From positions 192,001 through 256,000 of the forward strand of contig CAVRJG010000039.1 of assembly GCA_963721455.1 (NCBI GenBank): a DNA stretch of 64,000 bases, given 5' to 3'. A program made the translations under genes and the position numbers. Position 1 is the first letter of the stretch, and the number at the start of each line of letters is the position of its first letter. Origin of the DNA: an uncultured Methanosarcinaceae archaeon. GTDB lineage: Archaea; Halobacteriota; Methanosarcinia; Methanosarcinales; Methanosarcinaceae. Shown here one piece after another: positions 61,546 through 64,000 of the stretch. Under the pieces are notes generated by a model that did no database searches, was not told where the DNA came from, and worked only from the letters and a program-made list of their open reading frames with translations.

Positions 61546-62517
61546 TTAAGCTACCCTCGCTTCCTTCATGATTGCAGATACCGAATGCAACAGGATTCCT
61601 GTAAGAGCCATGAAGGTTCCTACAACAATGAACAGAACCATTAGCATAGTCGGTCCAAACTGTAAGCCTCCTCCCATAGTGAAGTTTTGCAAGAATACAG
61701 CACCCATGTAAAGGCCACCGACTCCAAGAGAAAGGCCAGGAACTGTGAAGTAGTAAAGGGGCTTGTTGAATTCGATATCTTTTAAGACCATAATGAAAAC
61801 ACCAAAACCATGTTTTATCGGGCTTATGGTTGAGCAGTCCACATCGTAACGGACGCCAATTTCGACTTCTTTTATGCGGAGGCTGGATTTGCCTGCGTCT
61901 GCAAGCATTTCGCTTTCTATTGCCATACCCTGGGCGTTGAAGCGGAAAATATCTTTTGTAGAGGCTGCAAAGGCACGAAAGCCACTCTGGGAATCTGTGA
62001 TCTTGAGGCCTGAGTTTATATTGGTGAACCTGTCCAGGATTGTCTGCCCGAAGCGGCGGTAGATTGGAGTGTTTTTGTCCAGGCCGTTTAGATAGCGGCT
62101 GCCGTTGACCATATCTGCGCTGCCTTCAATGATGGGAGCGACGAGTTTCGGGATGTCGACGGGGTTGTGCTGGCCGTCTGAGTCCATGGTCACTATTATA
62201 TCGGCTCCAAGGTCAGATGCGGCTGTAAAGCCGGTTTTGAGAGCTCCACCTTTTCCTTTGTTTATCTCGTGGACGATTACTTCGGCACCTGCTTTTCTGG
62301 CAACGTCGGCTGTGCGGTCTGAACTGCCATCGTCGACCACGATCACGTTGTCTGCGTAGTTTCTGGTAAGGAGGACGATGCTTCCAATAGAGACCTCTTC
62401 ATTGTAGGCTGGAAGGATCACCGTGATGTTTTGGGGGGCGGTGCCTCCCCTGCACGCTTTTCCCTCATTTTTACTCATGCGCCTGGCGCTTTTGCCCATA
62501 AGCAGTTCATTGTTCAT
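61546..62517 (-). CDS. Glycosyltransferase family 2 (Dol-P-sugar synthase-like) with two C-terminal TM helices
   Basis: PAYNEE, VDDGSSD, NKGKG, MDSDGQH, DSQSGFRA. Confidence 0.92.
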   Translation of the reverse strand: MNNELLMGKSARRMSKNEGKACRGGTAPQNITVILPAYNEEVSIGSIVLLTRNYADNVIVVDDGSSDRTADVARKAGAEVIVHEINKGKGGALKTGFTAASDLGADIIVTMDSDGQHNPVDIPKLVAPIIEGSADMVNGSRYLNGLDKNTPIYRRFGQTILDRFTNINSGLKITDSQSGFRAFAASTKDIFRFNAQGMAIESEMLADAGKSSLRIKEVEIGVRYDVDCSTISPIKHGFGVFIMVLKDIEFNKPLYYFTVPGLSLGVGGLYMGAVFLQNFTMGGGLQFGPTMLMVLFIVVGTFMALTGILLHSVSAIMKEARVA

Positions 62518-62654
62518 TTTGAATGACCCCATAATGATATTATGAAAATTATGAAAGAAATTGTAACTATTCAGACACCAGCGTAACAAAATTAATAGGC
62601 TGAATTTGCATGTTTTTCCCAGAGCAGGTGTCTGAATAACTGAATAACATATAT

Positions 62655-63626
62655 TTATACAGTCTCGGTTTGCGTGGTCACCTCTGCCAGGGAATGCATC
62701 ACAATTCCACTCATTGTCATATAGACCCCGGCAACAGCGAGGAAAACCATCAGGAATACCGACCAGCTATGCAGACCTTCTACTCCAAGGAGAAAGGCTT
62801 CAAGAAATTTCAAACCCATATAGAAGCCGCATGTAGCAAGGGCAAAACCTGGAACTGCATAGAAGTACAGCGGCTTATTGACCTCTATATCCTTTACTAC
62901 ATTCTTCAGGGCTCCAAGAATGTACTTGATCGGATCTCTGACCGGGTCTTCAAAATCATGAAAGGTCTTGATTTCGACTTCTTTTATGCGGAGGCCGGAT
63001 TTGCCTGCGTCTGCAAGCATTTCACTTTCTATTGCCATGCCCTGGGCGTCGAAGTGGAAGAGATCTTTTGCGGAAACCGCGAAGGCACGAAAGCCACTCT
63101 GGGAATCTGTGATCCTGAGGCCTGAGTTTATATTGATGAACCTGTCCAGGATTGTCTGTCCGATGCGGCGGTAAACAGGAGTGTTTTTTCCCGGGCCGTT
63201 CAAATATTGGCTGCCGGTGACCATATCTGCACTTCCTTTAATAATTGGGGTAACGAGCCTGGGAATGTTGGCAGGGTTATGATGGCCTCCCGAGTCCATT
63301 GTCACAATTATATCAGCGCCAAGATCGGCTGCGGCTTTAAAGCCTGTTTCGAGAGCTGCACCTTTTCCCTTGTTAGACGTGTGTACGATCACTTCTGCCC
63401 CGGCTTTTTTTGCGATCTCGGCTGTTCGATCTGAGCTGCAGTCATCAATCACGACCACATTATCGGCATAGAGCCTGGTGAGAAGGATAATGCTTCCGAT
63501 GGAGACTTCTTCATTGTAGGCAGGAAGGACCACCGTGATATTTTGAGGGACTCTGCCCTTAGCACATCTATTTTCTTTACGGGCTGTAGACTGGATGCCC
63601 TTGCCCATAAACAGTTGGTTAATCAT
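62655..63626 (-). CDS. Glycosyltransferase family 2, tandem paralogue with altered DxD motif
   Basis: PAYNEE, IDDCSSD, MDSGGHH, DSQSGFRA; long identical DNA stretches with the neighbour. Confidence 0.88.
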   Translation of the reverse strand: MINQLFMGKGIQSTARKENRCAKGRVPQNITVVLPAYNEEVSIGSIILLTRLYADNVVVIDDCSSDRTAEIAKKAGAEVIVHTSNKGKGAALETGFKAAADLGADIIVTMDSGGHHNPANIPRLVTPIIKGSADMVTGSQYLNGPGKNTPVYRRIGQTILDRFININSGLRITDSQSGFRAFAVSAKDLFHFDAQGMAIESEMLADAGKSGLRIKEVEIKTFHDFEDPVRDPIKYILGALKNVVKDIEVNKPLYFYAVPGFALATCGFYMGLKFLEAFLLGVEGLHSWSVFLMVFLAVAGVYMTMSGIVMHSLAEVTTQTETV

Positions 63627-64000
63627 TTTGGATGACCCCTGAATGTATTATGTAAATAATGTAAATATTTTGTTTGTGTAAATGTTTTGAAAATATTTTA
63701 GAATTAATTTATGTATAAAGACCTTAAAGGCTATTTTATCTGAATGAAATTAAGACCGTTGAATATGCCTCAAAATATTAATTTTTTAAAGTGTGATTTA
63801 GGAGAAGACTATATAAATTTATTTACCGCTGTAACACAATAAAATAATAATTAAAAAATAGAAGTAGCGAGAGAACCTTTATCAAAATAAATGTAATATT
63901 ATACGATTGAGCTAACGGTCTTTGAAAATCAGTCTTGATTATAAGATCATAAGAATATAAATTTAGATCGATAAAGAAGATGAGTTTCAAAACCAACGTC

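Noticed and set aside
1-64000. CRISPR array, tRNA or rRNA genes
   Set aside because: No regularly spaced repeat-spacer units and no tRNA/rRNA signatures seen by eye; a tRNAscan/Infernal run would be needed to exclude them fully

Overview
Archaeal chromosome segment, almost certainly Methanosarcina (mtd, mfnB, tgtA, nrpR, thermosome, MEDS-PAS kinase and the codon and intergenic-repeat style). 1-32.4 kb is mostly core genes: ychF, an inactive-looking cis-prenyltransferase subunit, nrpR, sufCB (SmsCB type), a sensor kinase, an HTH/membrane Fe-S/FAD-CCG oxidoreductase unit, thermosome, PAC2, tgtA, a UbiA + geranylgeranyl-reductase-like + radical SAM operon, serB, mtd, tmk and mfnB. 32.5-64 kb is a surface-polysaccharide/glycosylation region: WbpABED-like and FnlABC-like sugar pathways, two flippases, deacetylases, GT4/GT2 enzymes, with a visibly AT-rich block, an rve-type IS and several mobile-element scars. 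Best candidate for an undescribed system is the UbiA/GGR/radical SAM operon, which could supply the chemistry for methanophenazine biosynthesis (inference). Other highlights: an IS with an in-phase A_AAA_AAG -1 frameshift site and a related MITE, two genes apparently starting at ATT and ACG, an unannotated 51-aa zinc-finger protein, a split FnlB/CapF, and an orphan IS200/IS605-type right end. All family assignments come from motif recognition by eye; no searches were run.
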